Of a stretch of DNA of 64,000 nucleotides, positions 19,439 to 28,664 are shown piece after piece. Source of the DNA: Rhodobacteraceae bacterium UBA6141. Its GTDB lineage: Bacteria > Pseudomonadota > Alphaproteobacteria > Rhodobacterales > Rhodobacteraceae. The notes under the pieces were generated by a model. The model saw nothing but the letters and a program-made list of their open reading frames with translations. It made no database searches and was not told where the DNA came from. A program made the position numbers and the translations under genes. Position 1 is the stretch's first letter, and each line of letters starts with the position of its first letter. The DNA lies in contig DIVD01000024.1 of the NCBI GenBank assembly GCA_002423245.1, positions 29,718 through 93,717 on the forward strand. Reading direction: 5' to 3'.

Positions 19439-20305
19439 TCAGAACCACTGGCCCGGCTCCATCAGGCCCAGGTCCATCAGTTGCTGCGAGTGCCACTCGA
19501 ACGGGACCGAGTTGTGCCAGTTGAAGCTGGCGATGTCATAGGTGGAGCCCGGATTGGTCTTCAGCGCCTTGGCGGTGCGGAAGGAGGCAATGGCGGCGGT
19601 CAGGTTGTTGTGCCAGGGGCAGGCATAGGTGTTGTACTCGGGCATGTTGAAGGTGTGATCGGCCTGCAGTTGCAGCCCCGGCTGGGCGCGGAACAGCCCG
19701 ATGCGGTCGATGCGGCGGCGGTCTTTCGGGATATGCTCCTCGAACCGCCAGCGGATGCCGCCGAAGAAATCCAGTTGCCGCTCGCAGAAGTGTCCCGCCT
19801 CGTCCTTGCGGGCGAGCGCGTAGTAACCGGTGCGGTCCAGCAGCGCACCGGCCAGATCCACCGCATCGGGATGCGCCCACAGATCGGCGGCATAAAGATC
19901 GACGACATAGCACAGCATCGCGTCGCGCCGCTCCTCGGCGTGGAAGGCGATCAGTTCGCGCACGTTCCGCGTCTCGCAGAACGGATGGAACAGGTATTCG
20001 GCGTTGTAGCAGCAGTAAAGCCATGTGGTCGGCGGCGCGGCGGCGATGACCGGGTTGACCGCCTGCACCAGCGCGCCCTCGGCCCTGACCGGATGGGTGA
20101 TGCGATGGACCTGCGCCGCCAGATCCTCGGGCAATGCCAGTTCGGGCGGCGCGAACAGCAGCACCGCGCGAAATCCGGCCTTCAGGTGGTGGCGCAGGGT
20201 GCTGTCCACCTCGACCAGATCCTCGGCAAGGATGATCGCCACCGGCCCCCTCGCCAGCACGTCCCGGCCGCGCGCCAGGAAATCGTCGATCGAGCGGTAG
20301 TCCAT
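19439..20305 (-). CDS. conserved hypothetical protein (288 aa, Cys/Trp/His-rich, no signal peptide)
   Basis: [45 protein letters not shown]...[20 protein letters not shown]...[13 protein letters not shown]...ACPWHNNL...[23 protein letters not shown] 20305; the track ORF extension upstream is repeat-encoded. Codon bias is coding-like, but no family was recognised. Confidence 0.6.
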   Translation of the reverse strand: MDYRSIDDFLARGRDVLARGPVAIILAEDLVEVDSTLRHHLKAGFRAVLLFAPPELALPEDLAAQVHRITHPVRAEGALVQAVNPVIAAAPPTTWLYCCYNAEYLFHPFCETRNVRELIAFHAEERRDAMLCYVVDLYAADLWAHPDAVDLAGALLDRTGYYALARKDEAGHFCERQLDFFGGIRWRFEEHIPKDRRRIDRIGLFRAQPGLQLQADHTFNMPEYNTYACPWHNNLTAAIASFRTAKALKTNPGSTYDIASFNWHNSVPFEWHSQQLMDLGLMEPGQWF

Positions 20306-20342
20306 GTGCAAATCCGTCCGCAGCTGCAGCGGCAGGGTCGGG

Positions 20343-20476
20343 CAGGGCGGCGCGCAATGCAAGCCCCGCCGCGCCGCAGGGCGCGCGCAATGCAAGCCCC
20401 GCCGCGACGCAGGGCGCGCGCAATGCAAGCCCCGCCGCGACGCAGGGCGGCGCGCAATGCAAGCCGCGCCGCGCGG
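20343..20476. repeat. 4 x 33/34-bp tandem repeat in a divergent intergenic region
   Basis: Unit cagggcg(g)cgcgcaatgcaagccccgccgcgNcg at 20343-20376, 20377-20409, 20410-20442 and 20443-20476. Copies 2 and 3 are identical. Confidence 0.9.
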
Positions 20477-20603
20477 CCGGGCGGCGGGCATTGCACCGCG
20501 GCCCGCATTCGGGGTAGACCACCCCGGTCCGGCGCGCATCCGCGCGCGCGGAACTCGCGGAAAGGCCGGGGCCATGGATGGGGATGCGAAAGCCGGGGCA
20601 GGG

Positions 20604-21926
20604 ATGAAGAAGCTTTTCATCAAGACCTATGGCTGCCAGATGAACGTCTATGACAGCGAGCGCATGGCCGAGGCGATGGGCGCCGAGGGCTATGTGCTGA
20701 CCGAACAGGCGGACGAGGCCGACATGGTGCTGCTGAACACCTGCCACATCCGCGAGAAGGCGTCCGAGAAGCTCTATTCCGACCTCGGCCGCCTGCGGCC
20801 GCTGAAACTGGCGCGGCCGGGCCTGAAGATCGGCGTCGCCGGCTGCGTCGCGCAGGCCGAGGGGGCCGAGATCCTGCGCCGGATGCCGCTGGTCGATCTG
20901 GTGGTCGGCCCGCAAAGCTATCACCGGCTGCCGGCGATGGCGAAGGCCGCCGATGCCGGGGCGAAATCGGTCGATACCGACTTCCCCGCCGAGGACAAGT
21001 TCGATCACCTGCCGCCGCGCCAGCCGGCCAGCCGCGGGCCGACCGCCTTCCTGACGGTGCAGGAGGGCTGCGACAAGTTCTGCGCCTTCTGCGTCGTGCC
21101 CTATACCCGCGGGTCGGAAGTCAGCCGCCCGGTGACGCGCATCCTCGCCGAGGCGCAGGGGCTGGTCGAGAAGGGCGTGCGCGAGATCACCCTGCTGGGC
21201 CAGAACGTCAATGCGTATCACGGCGAGGGGCAGGACGGCACCTGGGGCCTGGCCCGGCTGGTGCGGGCGCTGGCGCGGATCGACGGGCTGGAGCGCATCC
21301 GCTACACCACCTCGCACCCGAACGACATGGGGGATGACCTGATCGCCGCGCATGGCGAGGAGGCCAAGCTGATGCCCTACCTGCACCTGCCGGTGCAATC
21401 GGGCAGCGACCGCATCCTGAAGGCGATGGCGCGCAGGCACACCGCCGGGCATTACCTGCGGCTGGTGGAGCGTATCCGCGCCGCGCGGCCCGACATGCTG
21501 CTGTCGGGCGATTTCATCGTCGGCTTCCCCGGCGAGACCGAGGCGGATTTCCAGGCGACGCTGGATCTGGTCGCGGCGGTGGACTACGGCATGGCCTATT
21601 CCTTCCGCTATTCGCCGCGCCCCGGCACGCCCGCCGCCGAGAAGCCGCCGGTGCCGGAGGCCGAGGCGGCGGACCGGCTGCAACGGCTGCAGGCGCTGCT
21701 GACGCGCCAGCAGCGCGCGGCGCAGCAGCGCATGGTCGGGCGCGAGGTGCAGGTGCTGTTCGAGAAGCCCGGCCGCGAGCCGGGGCAGATGGTCGGCAAG
21801 TCCGACTACCTTCATGCCGTGCATGTCACCGATGCCGCGGCGCGGCGCGGTGCCATCGCCAGGGTGAGAATCACCGACAGCGGCCCGAACTCGCTCGCCG
21901 GCACCGTGACCGGCGCGATGCGGTGA
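20604..21926 (+). CDS. miaB: tRNA-i6A37 methylthiotransferase
   Basis: [21 protein letters not shown]...[11 protein letters not shown]...[19 protein letters not shown] (radical-SAM CxxxCxxC), plus a TRAM C-terminus. ATG 20604. Confidence 0.92.
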   Translation: MKKLFIKTYGCQMNVYDSERMAEAMGAEGYVLTEQADEADMVLLNTCHIREKASEKLYSDLGRLRPLKLARPGLKIGVAGCVAQAEGAEILRRMPLVDLVVGPQSYHRLPAMAKAADAGAKSVDTDFPAEDKFDHLPPRQPASRGPTAFLTVQEGCDKFCAFCVVPYTRGSEVSRPVTRILAEAQGLVEKGVREITLLGQNVNAYHGEGQDGTWGLARLVRALARIDGLERIRYTTSHPNDMGDDLIAAHGEEAKLMPYLHLPVQSGSDRILKAMARRHTAGHYLRLVERIRAARPDMLLSGDFIVGFPGETEADFQATLDLVAAVDYGMAYSFRYSPRPGTPAAEKPPVPEAEAADRLQRLQALLTRQQRAAQQRMVGREVQVLFEKPGREPGQMVGKSDYLHAVHVTDAAARRGAIARVRITDSGPNSLAGTVTGAMR

Positions 21927-22128
21927 CGCGATGTGGTGACAGGTGGCGACATCTCCAGCGGATCCATGGGGGCGATGTGGGGGGCGATGTGGCAATGGTG
22001 CCATGGCGCGCCGGGTCGATATGATTTTGACCTTTTCAGCCGTCACGGACGTGCTAGTACGACCCATGTGGAGCGCCCCGCTCGTGGCGACGGCGCGCCG
22101 CAGCGGGTGATCAGGACGGAGGCGAACA

Positions 22129-22677
22129 GTGGTGAGAGAGATCATGGGGGCGGCGGCGGCCGCGGTGATCGGGCTGGCGCTGGCGACAGGGCCGCTGCTG
22201 GCGCAGCAGGTCGTGCGCGGCGAAAGCTATGCGCCGGCAATCTGGGTCGATCCGGACGGCTGCGAGCACTGGGTCATGGACGACGGCTGGGAAGGCTACA
22301 TGGACGCGCGCCTCGACAGCCGCGGCCTGCCGGTCTGCAACCGCGGCGAGGCTTGCGGCGAGATGCCGGCGGACCAGCTTTTCGCCACGGACAGCGCCAC
22401 CCTCTCGCCCGCTGGCCGCCGCCAGCTCGAAGCGTTCTTCGCCGCGAACAAGGCGAAGGGCTACGTGATCGCGGGCCATACCGACAGCAGCGCCAGCGAC
22501 GCCTACAACATGAAGCTGTCGCAGCGCAGGGCCCAGTCGGTCGCCGCCGTCGCGAAAGCTGCCGGTGCGCGTGTCGTGGACGTGACCTGGTTCGGCGAGC
22601 GTCAGCCCAAGGCATCCAACGCCACCGCGACCGGGATGCAGCAGAACCGCCGCGTCGAAATCTTCTGCACCCGCTGA
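22129..22677 (+). CDS. OmpA-like peptidoglycan-binding protein with N-terminal Cys-motif domain
   Basis: Signal-like AAAAAVIGLALATGPLLAQQ, then IWVDPDGCEHWVMDDGWEGYM...GLPVC, then an OmpA_C-like part FATDSATLSP...GHTDSSASDAYNMKLSQRRAQSV...NRRVEI. GTG 22129 has GGAGG 7 nt upstream. Confidence 0.8.
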   Translation: MVREIMGAAAAAVIGLALATGPLLAQQVVRGESYAPAIWVDPDGCEHWVMDDGWEGYMDARLDSRGLPVCNRGEACGEMPADQLFATDSATLSPAGRRQLEAFFAANKAKGYVIAGHTDSSASDAYNMKLSQRRAQSVAAVAKAAGARVVDVTWFGERQPKASNATATGMQQNRRVEIFCTR

Positions 22678-22687
22678 GGAGCGTGAC

Positions 22688-22987
22688 ATGACCGCCTTTA
22701 AACTCATCGCCATCCTCGCGGCCGCCGGCACCCTCGCCGCCTGCGAGGCCAAGCAGGACAAGACGGTGGACCGCGCTGTTGATGCCAAGCAGCTCAGCCA
22801 GCTCAAGGCGGGGATCTGGATTGATCCCGAGGGCTGCGACCACTGGATCATCGACGATGGCGCCGAAGGCTACATGAGCGCCCGGCGCCGCCCCGATGGC
22901 CGCCCCGTCTGCTCGGGCAAGTCGGGCACCCCGGGCTATGCCACGGGGCCGTTCCATTCCGGTTCGGAGGTCCGCGACCCGATCTGA
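22688..22987 (+). CDS. small lipoprotein sharing the Cys-motif domain of the upstream gene
   Basis: Lipobox LAAC (MTAFKLIAILAAAGTLAAC). IWIDPEGCDHWIIDDGAEGYM...GRPVC parallels the N-domain of 22129..22677. Confidence 0.7.
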   Translation: MTAFKLIAILAAAGTLAACEAKQDKTVDRAVDAKQLSQLKAGIWIDPEGCDHWIIDDGAEGYMSARRRPDGRPVCSGKSGTPGYATGPFHSGSEVRDPI

Positions 22988-23232
22988 GCCGAAGGCTCCG
23001 GGCCTGAGGCGAAGCCCCTGCACTGGCCCGTGGTCAGCGCCTCTGCCTTTCCCATCACGATCTAGCGGTCGCGGAACCATCCTGCGGCCGATTTTGTTGT
23101 GCCTGCGCGAATCTTGATCTGCGCGCTTGCCATGCCGGCCCGCACTTGGCACCATTGACTCACGGAACCCGGCCGACACCACTGCCGCCGACACCACTGC
23201 CAAAGCCAACCCTCTGCCGAAGGGAGACCTTG

Positions 23233-24249
23233 TTGGGCATCAGCGCGCTGACCCCCCCGCCCCGTCCCGAAGACGTTCACGAAACGCTTCTGGAATTTCC
23301 CGACAACCGGCTGCTGCGCGATCTGTGCGGGCAGTTCGACCGGAACCTCGCCCAGATCGAGCACAAGGTCGGCGTCCACATCCTGCGCCGCGGCAACCAG
23401 CTTGCGGTGGTGGGCGCCCCGGCCCTGCGCGACCAGGCGGCGGCGCTGCTGCACCAGCTTTACGCGCGGCTTGAAACCGGGCGCCCGGTCGAGGCGGGCG
23501 ACATCGACGCCATGATCCGCATGGGCGATTTTGGCGCCGCGCCTGCCCCCGACCCCGACGATCAACTGGAAATGTTCAGCGGCCGGATGGAGATCCGCAC
23601 CCGCAAGAAATCGGTGGAGCCGCGGACCGAGGCGCAGAAGGCCTATGTGCGCAACCTCTTCCAGCACGAGCTTGCCTTCGGGATCGGGCCCGCCGGCACC
23701 GGCAAGACCTATCTTGCGGTGGCGGTCGGCGTGACGATGCTGATCGGCGGGCATGTGGACAAGATCATCCTCAGCCGCCCGGCGGTGGAGGCGGGCGAGC
23801 GGCTCGGCTTCCTGCCCGGCGACATGAAGGAGAAGGTCGATCCCTACATGCAGCCGCTCTATGACGCGCTGAACGATTTCCTGCCGCCCAAGCAGATGGA
23901 AAAGCTGATGCTGGAGCGGCGGATCGAGATCGCGCCGCTGGCCTTCATGCGCGGGCGCACGCTGTCGAACGCCTTCGTGGTGCTGGACGAGGCGCAGAAC
24001 GCGACCTCCATGCAGATGAAGATGTTCCTCACCCGTCTGGGCGAGGGCAGCCGCATGGTCGTTACCGGCGACCGCAGCCAGATCGACCTGCCGCGCGGCG
24101 TGCCCTCGGGCCTGAAGGATGCCGAACGGATCATCGCAGGCGTGAAGGGGGTCAGCTTCAACTATTTCACGGCCAAGGACGTGGTGCGCCATCCCCTTGT
24201 CGCGCGCATCATCGATGCCTATGACCGCGACGATGGACAGACTGGTTGA
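23233..24249 (+). CDS. phoH: PhoH-like ATPase
   Basis: FGIGPAGTGKTYLAVAVGV (Walker A), ILSRPAVEAGERLGFLPGD and VVLDEAQN. The start is uncertain: TTG 23230/23233 after GAAGGGAG, while the track ORF begins at TTG 23146. Confidence 0.88.
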   Translation: MGISALTPPPRPEDVHETLLEFPDNRLLRDLCGQFDRNLAQIEHKVGVHILRRGNQLAVVGAPALRDQAAALLHQLYARLETGRPVEAGDIDAMIRMGDFGAAPAPDPDDQLEMFSGRMEIRTRKKSVEPRTEAQKAYVRNLFQHELAFGIGPAGTGKTYLAVAVGVTMLIGGHVDKIILSRPAVEAGERLGFLPGDMKEKVDPYMQPLYDALNDFLPPKQMEKLMLERRIEIAPLAFMRGRTLSNAFVVLDEAQNATSMQMKMFLTRLGEGSRMVVTGDRSQIDLPRGVPSGLKDAERIIAGVKGVSFNYFTAKDVVRHPLVARIIDAYDRDDGQTG

Positions 24250-24736
24250 CACGATGCTCGAGGATGAGCGGTGGGAGTCCTTCGGGCTCGCACCGCTCGC
24301 CGAACGGGCCGCTGCCGCGACACTGGCGCATCTGGACCTGGACCCCGAGGCGTTCGAGATCAGCCTTCTGGGCTGCGACGATGCGCGCATCTCGCTGCTG
24401 AACGCCGATTTCCGCGGCAAGCCCGCGCCGACCAACGTGCTGTCCTGGCCCTCGGAGGAACGCGGCGCCGGGGTCGAGGGCGCGGAGCCGGACCTGCCCG
24501 AGGGCGAGGCGGAGATGCCCGTGGAACTGGGCGACATCGCCATCGCCTGGGAGACCTGCGCGCGCGAGGCCGAAGAGGCCGGCAAGTCGATGCGCGATCA
24601 CGTGACGCATCTGGTCGTCCACGCGGTGCTGCATCTGCTCGGCTACGATCATCAGCGCGACGGCGATGCCCTGCTGATGGAAGGCACCGAGATCGAGATT
24701 CTGGCGGGGCTTGGCCTTGCAAATCCCTACGACTGA
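24221..24736 (+). CDS. ybeY: rRNA maturation endoribonuclease YbeY
   Basis: HLVVHAVLHLLGYDH is the zinc HxxxHxxxxxH motif. Overlaps the phoH 3' end. The start is ATG 24221 or 24233. Confidence 0.88.
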   Translation: MTATMDRLVDTMLEDERWESFGLAPLAERAAAATLAHLDLDPEAFEISLLGCDDARISLLNADFRGKPAPTNVLSWPSEERGAGVEGAEPDLPEGEAEMPVELGDIAIAWETCAREAEEAGKSMRDHVTHLVVHAVLHLLGYDHQRDGDALLMEGTEIEILAGLGLANPYD

Positions 24737-24809
24737 CCGCAAGTGAACCTTGGGCAGCGCCGCGGCGCGATGCGACACGGCGACGGGCCCGGCGATTTGG
24801 AAAGGACCG

Positions 24810-25685
24810 ATGGGCGAAAGTGCAGACGGGTCTACGGCAGCGCAGGGCGCGCCAGACCAGGGGGACAGTCCCGAGAGCAATGGCGCTCGCGGCTTTTTCG
24901 GACGGATCCTGAATGCCTTCAGCGGTGCCGAGCATGAGGGCGAGGGCGCCCAGGGCGAGGGGCGCAACCCCCATCACGCCGGGCTTGGCGCGTTGCGGCG
25001 CCTGCGCGTCGGCGACATCGCCATCCCGAAGCCCGAGATCGTGGCCGTGCCGGTGACGATATCGCTCACCGATCTGGTCGAGGTGTTCCGCGAACACGGC
25101 TTCTCGCGGATGCCGGTCTTCAAGGGCACGCTCGATTCGCCGCTGGGTCTGATCCACCTCAAGGACCTTGCCCTGCAATACGGCTTCGACGCGCAGGCGC
25201 CCCGCTTCGGCCTGCGCAAGATGCTGCGCCCGCTGCTCTTCGCGCCGCCCTCGATGCCGATCGGCGTGCTGCTGCAGAAGATGCAGACCGACCGCATCCA
25301 CATGGCGCTGGTCATCGACGAATATGGCGGCGTGGACGGTCTGGTGACGATCGAGGACCTGATCGAACAGGTGATCGGCGATATCGACGACGAACATGAC
25401 GAACAGGAAGGCGGCTTGTGGACGCAGGAGAAGCCCGGCCAGTGGCTGGTGCAGGCCCGCGCCCCGCTGGAGGAGTTCGAGGCCGCCATCGGGCGCCGCC
25501 TTGCCGATGAGGAAGAGGGCGAGGAGGTCGATACGATGGGCGGGCTCGTCTTCATGCTGCTGGGCCGGGTGCCGGCGCGCGGCGAGGTGGTGAAGGCCGA
25601 AAGCGGGGTCGAATTCGAGGTGGTGGATGCCGACCCGCGCCGGATCAAGCGGCTGCGCGTGCGGCTGCCGGGCGCCGGGAGCTGA
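24810..25685 (+). CDS. corC: CBS-pair/CorC_HlyC domain protein (YbeX/CorC family)
   Basis: Two CBS-like segments (IAIPKPEIVAVPVTISL..., MALVIDEYGGVDGLVTIEDLIEQVIGDIDDEHD) plus a CorC_HlyC C-terminus. ATG 24810 follows GGAAAGGA. Confidence 0.85.
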   Translation: MGESADGSTAAQGAPDQGDSPESNGARGFFGRILNAFSGAEHEGEGAQGEGRNPHHAGLGALRRLRVGDIAIPKPEIVAVPVTISLTDLVEVFREHGFSRMPVFKGTLDSPLGLIHLKDLALQYGFDAQAPRFGLRKMLRPLLFAPPSMPIGVLLQKMQTDRIHMALVIDEYGGVDGLVTIEDLIEQVIGDIDDEHDEQEGGLWTQEKPGQWLVQARAPLEEFEAAIGRRLADEEEGEEVDTMGGLVFMLLGRVPARGEVVKAESGVEFEVVDADPRRIKRLRVRLPGAGS

Positions 25686-25687
25686 CC

Positions 25688-27217
25688 CTGGCGCGCGCGT
25701 CCCTGCCGGTCGGCGCGCCCGCGCTCTGGTCCCGGCTGCGCCCGTCCTGGCGGGACCGGGGCGCGCTCGCGCTGCTGGGGGCGCTGGTCGCGGCCGGGCA
25801 GGCGCCGCTGGGCGCGTGGTGGCTGGCGCTGCCGGCGCTGGCGGTGCTGATCCGCTGGCTCGCCCGCCAGCCGCATCCGGGCCGCGCCGCGCTGATGGCG
25901 CTGTTCGCCGGGGCCGGGCATTTCGCCGCGGCGCTGTTCTGGATCGTGGAGCCGTTCCTGGTGGACGCCCCGCGCGACGGCTGGATGGCACCCTTCGCGC
26001 TGATCCTCATCTCCTTCGGCCTTGCGCTGTTCTGGGCGGGCGCCGCGGCGCTGGCGGCATGGCTGGGCCGCAGCCCTGCCCGGCGGGCGCTGGCGCTCGC
26101 CGTCGCGCTTGCCGGCGCCGACGCGCTGCGTAGCTATGCGCTGACCGGCTTTCCCTGGGCGCTGCTTGGCCATGTCTGGATCGGGACGCCCGTCGCGCAG
26201 GCGGCGGCGCTGACCGGGCCGCTGGGGCTTTCGCTGCTGACCACCGGCGCGGCGGCGATCGCGGCAACCGCCCCCCGCCGCGGATCGGCGCTTGCCGCGG
26301 CGCTGCTGGCGGCGGTCTGGGCCGCGGGGGGCTGGCGGCTGGCGCAGCCCGGGCCGCAGCCCGCTACCCTGGCGCGGATCCGCCTCGTGCAGCCCAATGC
26401 CGCCCAGCACCTGAAATGGCTGCCGGGTATGCAGCAGATGTTCCTTGAACGGATGCTGGCGCAGACCGCCGCCCCCCCCGCGCCCGGCGCCGCTGCGCCC
26501 GACCTGATCATCTGGCCCGAAACCTCGGTGCCGTGGCTGCTGAACGATCCCGGCCCGGTGCTGCGGATGATCTCGGACGCGGCGGGGGGGCGGCCCGTCG
26601 CGCTCGGCATCCAGCGGTCCGAGGGGATGCGCTACTACAACAGCCTTGCGGTGATCGGCCCCGGCGGCGCGGTGGGCGACATCTACGACAAGCACCATCT
26701 GGTGCCCTTCGGCGAATATGTCCCCGCGGGCGACCTGCTGGCGCGCGCCGGGATCACCGCCTTCGCCGCGCGGGCGGGCAACGGCTATTCCGCCGGCCCC
26801 GGCCCGGCGCTGCTGGATCTTGGCCCGCTGGGGCAGGCGCTGCCGCTGATCTGCTACGAGGCGGTGTTCCCGCAGGACATCGCCGGCGCGCCCGGCCGCG
26901 CGGACTGGATCGTGCAGGTCACCAACGATGCCTGGTTCGGCGCCCTCTCGGGGCCCTACCAGCACCTCGCCCAGGCGCGGCTGCGCGCGATCGAGCAGGG
27001 CCTGCCGCTGGTGCGCGCGGCCAATACCGGCGTCTCGGCGGTGATCGACGCGCGGGGCCGCGTGCTCGCCTCGCTGCCGCTGAACGCCGAGGGCTTTCTC
27101 GATGCGCCGCTGCCCGCGGCCTGGCCGCCCACACCTTACGCGCGCAGCGGCGACCGGCCGGTGCTGGCGCTGCTTTCGCTGCTGGTGCTCGGGTTGGCCG
27201 CGATCCGGCGCAGATAG
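25688..27217 (+). CDS. lnt: apolipoprotein N-acyltransferase (start codon unresolved)
   Basis: LTGFPWALLGH, RLVQPN, IIWPETS, ICYEAVFP and TNDAWFG are Lnt/nitrilase-fold motifs. The first in-frame ATG/GTG/TTG is GTG 25844, but the frame is open and Lnt-like (GALALLGALVAAGQAPLGAWWLALPALAVL) back to the corC stop. CTG 25688 lies 6 nt after GGGAG. Confidence 0.8.
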   Translation: MARASLPVGAPALWSRLRPSWRDRGALALLGALVAAGQAPLGAWWLALPALAVLIRWLARQPHPGRAALMALFAGAGHFAAALFWIVEPFLVDAPRDGWMAPFALILISFGLALFWAGAAALAAWLGRSPARRALALAVALAGADALRSYALTGFPWALLGHVWIGTPVAQAAALTGPLGLSLLTTGAAAIAATAPRRGSALAAALLAAVWAAGGWRLAQPGPQPATLARIRLVQPNAAQHLKWLPGMQQMFLERMLAQTAAPPAPGAAAPDLIIWPETSVPWLLNDPGPVLRMISDAAGGRPVALGIQRSEGMRYYNSLAVIGPGGAVGDIYDKHHLVPFGEYVPAGDLLARAGITAFAARAGNGYSAGPGPALLDLGPLGQALPLICYEAVFPQDIAGAPGRADWIVQVTNDAWFGALSGPYQHLAQARLRAIEQGLPLVRAANTGVSAVIDARGRVLASLPLNAEGFLDAPLPAAWPPTPYARSGDRPVLALLSLLVLGLAAIRRR

Positions 27218-27221
27218 CAGA

Positions 27222-27250
27222 TTGACGCTGCAGGGCCGGGGGGTTACGCA
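27222..27250 (+). promoter_or_regulatory. putative sigma-70 promoter of metK
   Basis: TTGACG (27222-27227), a 17-nt spacer, then TACGCA (27245-27250). This would place the TSS a few nt before the riboswitch stem. The -10 is weak. Confidence 0.35.
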
Positions 27251-27261
27251 CGTCCATTCCA

Positions 27262-27313
27262 CCGTCACAACGGCTTCCTGGCGTGACGGGCATTCACCAA
27301 TGGAGCGCTTCCC
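27262..27313 (+). promoter_or_regulatory. SAM/SAH-type riboswitch (metK leader, Rhodobacterales class)
   Basis: ccgtcac-aacggcttcctggc-gtgacgg forms a 7-bp stem (27262-27268 with 27283-27289). The loop CUUCC can pair with the GGAG of the SD (27302-27305), giving an H-type pseudoknot that occludes the RBS 9 nt before ATG 27314. The ...CACAACGGCUUCCUG.CGUG... core matches my memory of the published SAM/SAH motif. Confidence 0.75.
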
Positions 27314-28480
27314 ATGTCCCGGCAGAACTATGTCTTCACCTCCGAGAGCGTCTCGGAGGGGCACCCCGACAAGGTGTGCGACCGCATTTCCGATGCGGTG
27401 CTCGACGCCTTCCTCGGCGAGGAGCCCAACGCCCGCGTCGCCTGCGAGACCTTCGCCACCACCAACCAGGTCGTCGTCGGCGGCGAGGTCGGGCTGTCCG
27501 ACAAGGCCAGGCTTGCCGAATACATGGACCGGGTCGATACCATCGTGCGCGACTGCGTGCGCGACATCGGCTATGAACAGGACGCATTCCACTGGCAGAC
27601 GCTCCGCATCGCCAATTTCCTGCACGCGCAATCGGCCCATATCAGCCAGGGCGTGGACCGGGACGGCGCCGGCGACCAGGGCATCATGTTCGGCTATGCC
27701 ACAAACGAGACGCCGGAACTGATGCCCGCGCCGATCCAGTACGCCCATGCGATCCTGCGGCGGCTGTCCGAGGCGCGCAAGTCCGGCGCCGAACCGACGC
27801 TGCGCCCCGATGCCAAGTCGCAGCTGTCGCTGCGCTACGAGGACGGCAAGCCGGTCGAGGTGACGCAGCTGGTGCTGTCCACCCAGCACGCGCTGGAGAG
27901 CCAGAGCTCGGACGACATCCGCGCGCTGGTGGAGCCCTACATCCGCGAGGTGATCCCCGCGGGCTGGCTGACCGAACGGACCGAATGGCACGTCAACCCG
28001 ACCGGCACCTTCGTGATCGGCGGCCCCGATGGCGATGCCGGCCTGACCGGGCGCAAGATCATCGTCGATACCTATGGCGGCGCGGCCCCGCATGGCGGCG
28101 GCGCGTTCTCGGGCAAGGATCCGACCAAGGTCGACCGCTCGGCCGCCTATGCCGCGCGCTACCTCGCCAAGAACGTCGTCGCCGCGGGCCTGGCCACCCG
28201 CTGCGTGATCCAGCTCGCCTACGCGATCGGCGTGGCGCGCCCGCTGGCGATCTATGCCGATACCTACGGCACGGGGCAGGTGCCCGAGGCGGAAATCGAA
28301 CGCGCCGTGGCCGAGATCATGGACCTGACCCCGCGCGGCATCCGCGAGCATCTGCAACTGAACCGGCCGATCTACCAGCGCACCGCCGCCTATGGCCATT
28401 TCGGGCGCGAGCCCGATGCCGATGGCGGCTTCAGCTGGGAAAGGCTGGATCTGGTCGAGGCGCTGAAGAAGGCGCTGTAG
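27314..28480 (+). CDS. metK: S-adenosylmethionine synthetase
   Basis: [34 protein letters not shown]...[12 protein letters not shown]...[16 protein letters not shown]. Confidence 0.95.
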   Translation: MSRQNYVFTSESVSEGHPDKVCDRISDAVLDAFLGEEPNARVACETFATTNQVVVGGEVGLSDKARLAEYMDRVDTIVRDCVRDIGYEQDAFHWQTLRIANFLHAQSAHISQGVDRDGAGDQGIMFGYATNETPELMPAPIQYAHAILRRLSEARKSGAEPTLRPDAKSQLSLRYEDGKPVEVTQLVLSTQHALESQSSDDIRALVEPYIREVIPAGWLTERTEWHVNPTGTFVIGGPDGDAGLTGRKIIVDTYGGAAPHGGGAFSGKDPTKVDRSAAYAARYLAKNVVAAGLATRCVIQLAYAIGVARPLAIYADTYGTGQVPEAEIERAVAEIMDLTPRGIREHLQLNRPIYQRTAAYGHFGREPDADGGFSWERLDLVEALKKAL

Positions 28481-28664
28481 GCTCCGGCTGAAAAGGCGCA
28501 GGCATCTTCCAGGGCGCGGCCCGCGACGGCCCCGCCCCCGCGCCCCTTGCCGTTTCTTCGCCCGGCGCCCCCGGAGCCTTCCGGCCGCGATGCCGCCATA
28601 TCCCGCCGGGGCTTGCGGCGGGGGCCGCAAGCCGCCAATCTCGGCGCGACAGAGGAGCCCCGAG

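Noticed and set aside
20343-20476. Possible CRISPR array (regular ~33-bp periodicity); the same question applies to the other tandem arrays.
   Set aside because: The units are directly abutting with no unique spacers, there are only 4 copies, and no cas genes or leader are present. These are plain tandem repeats.
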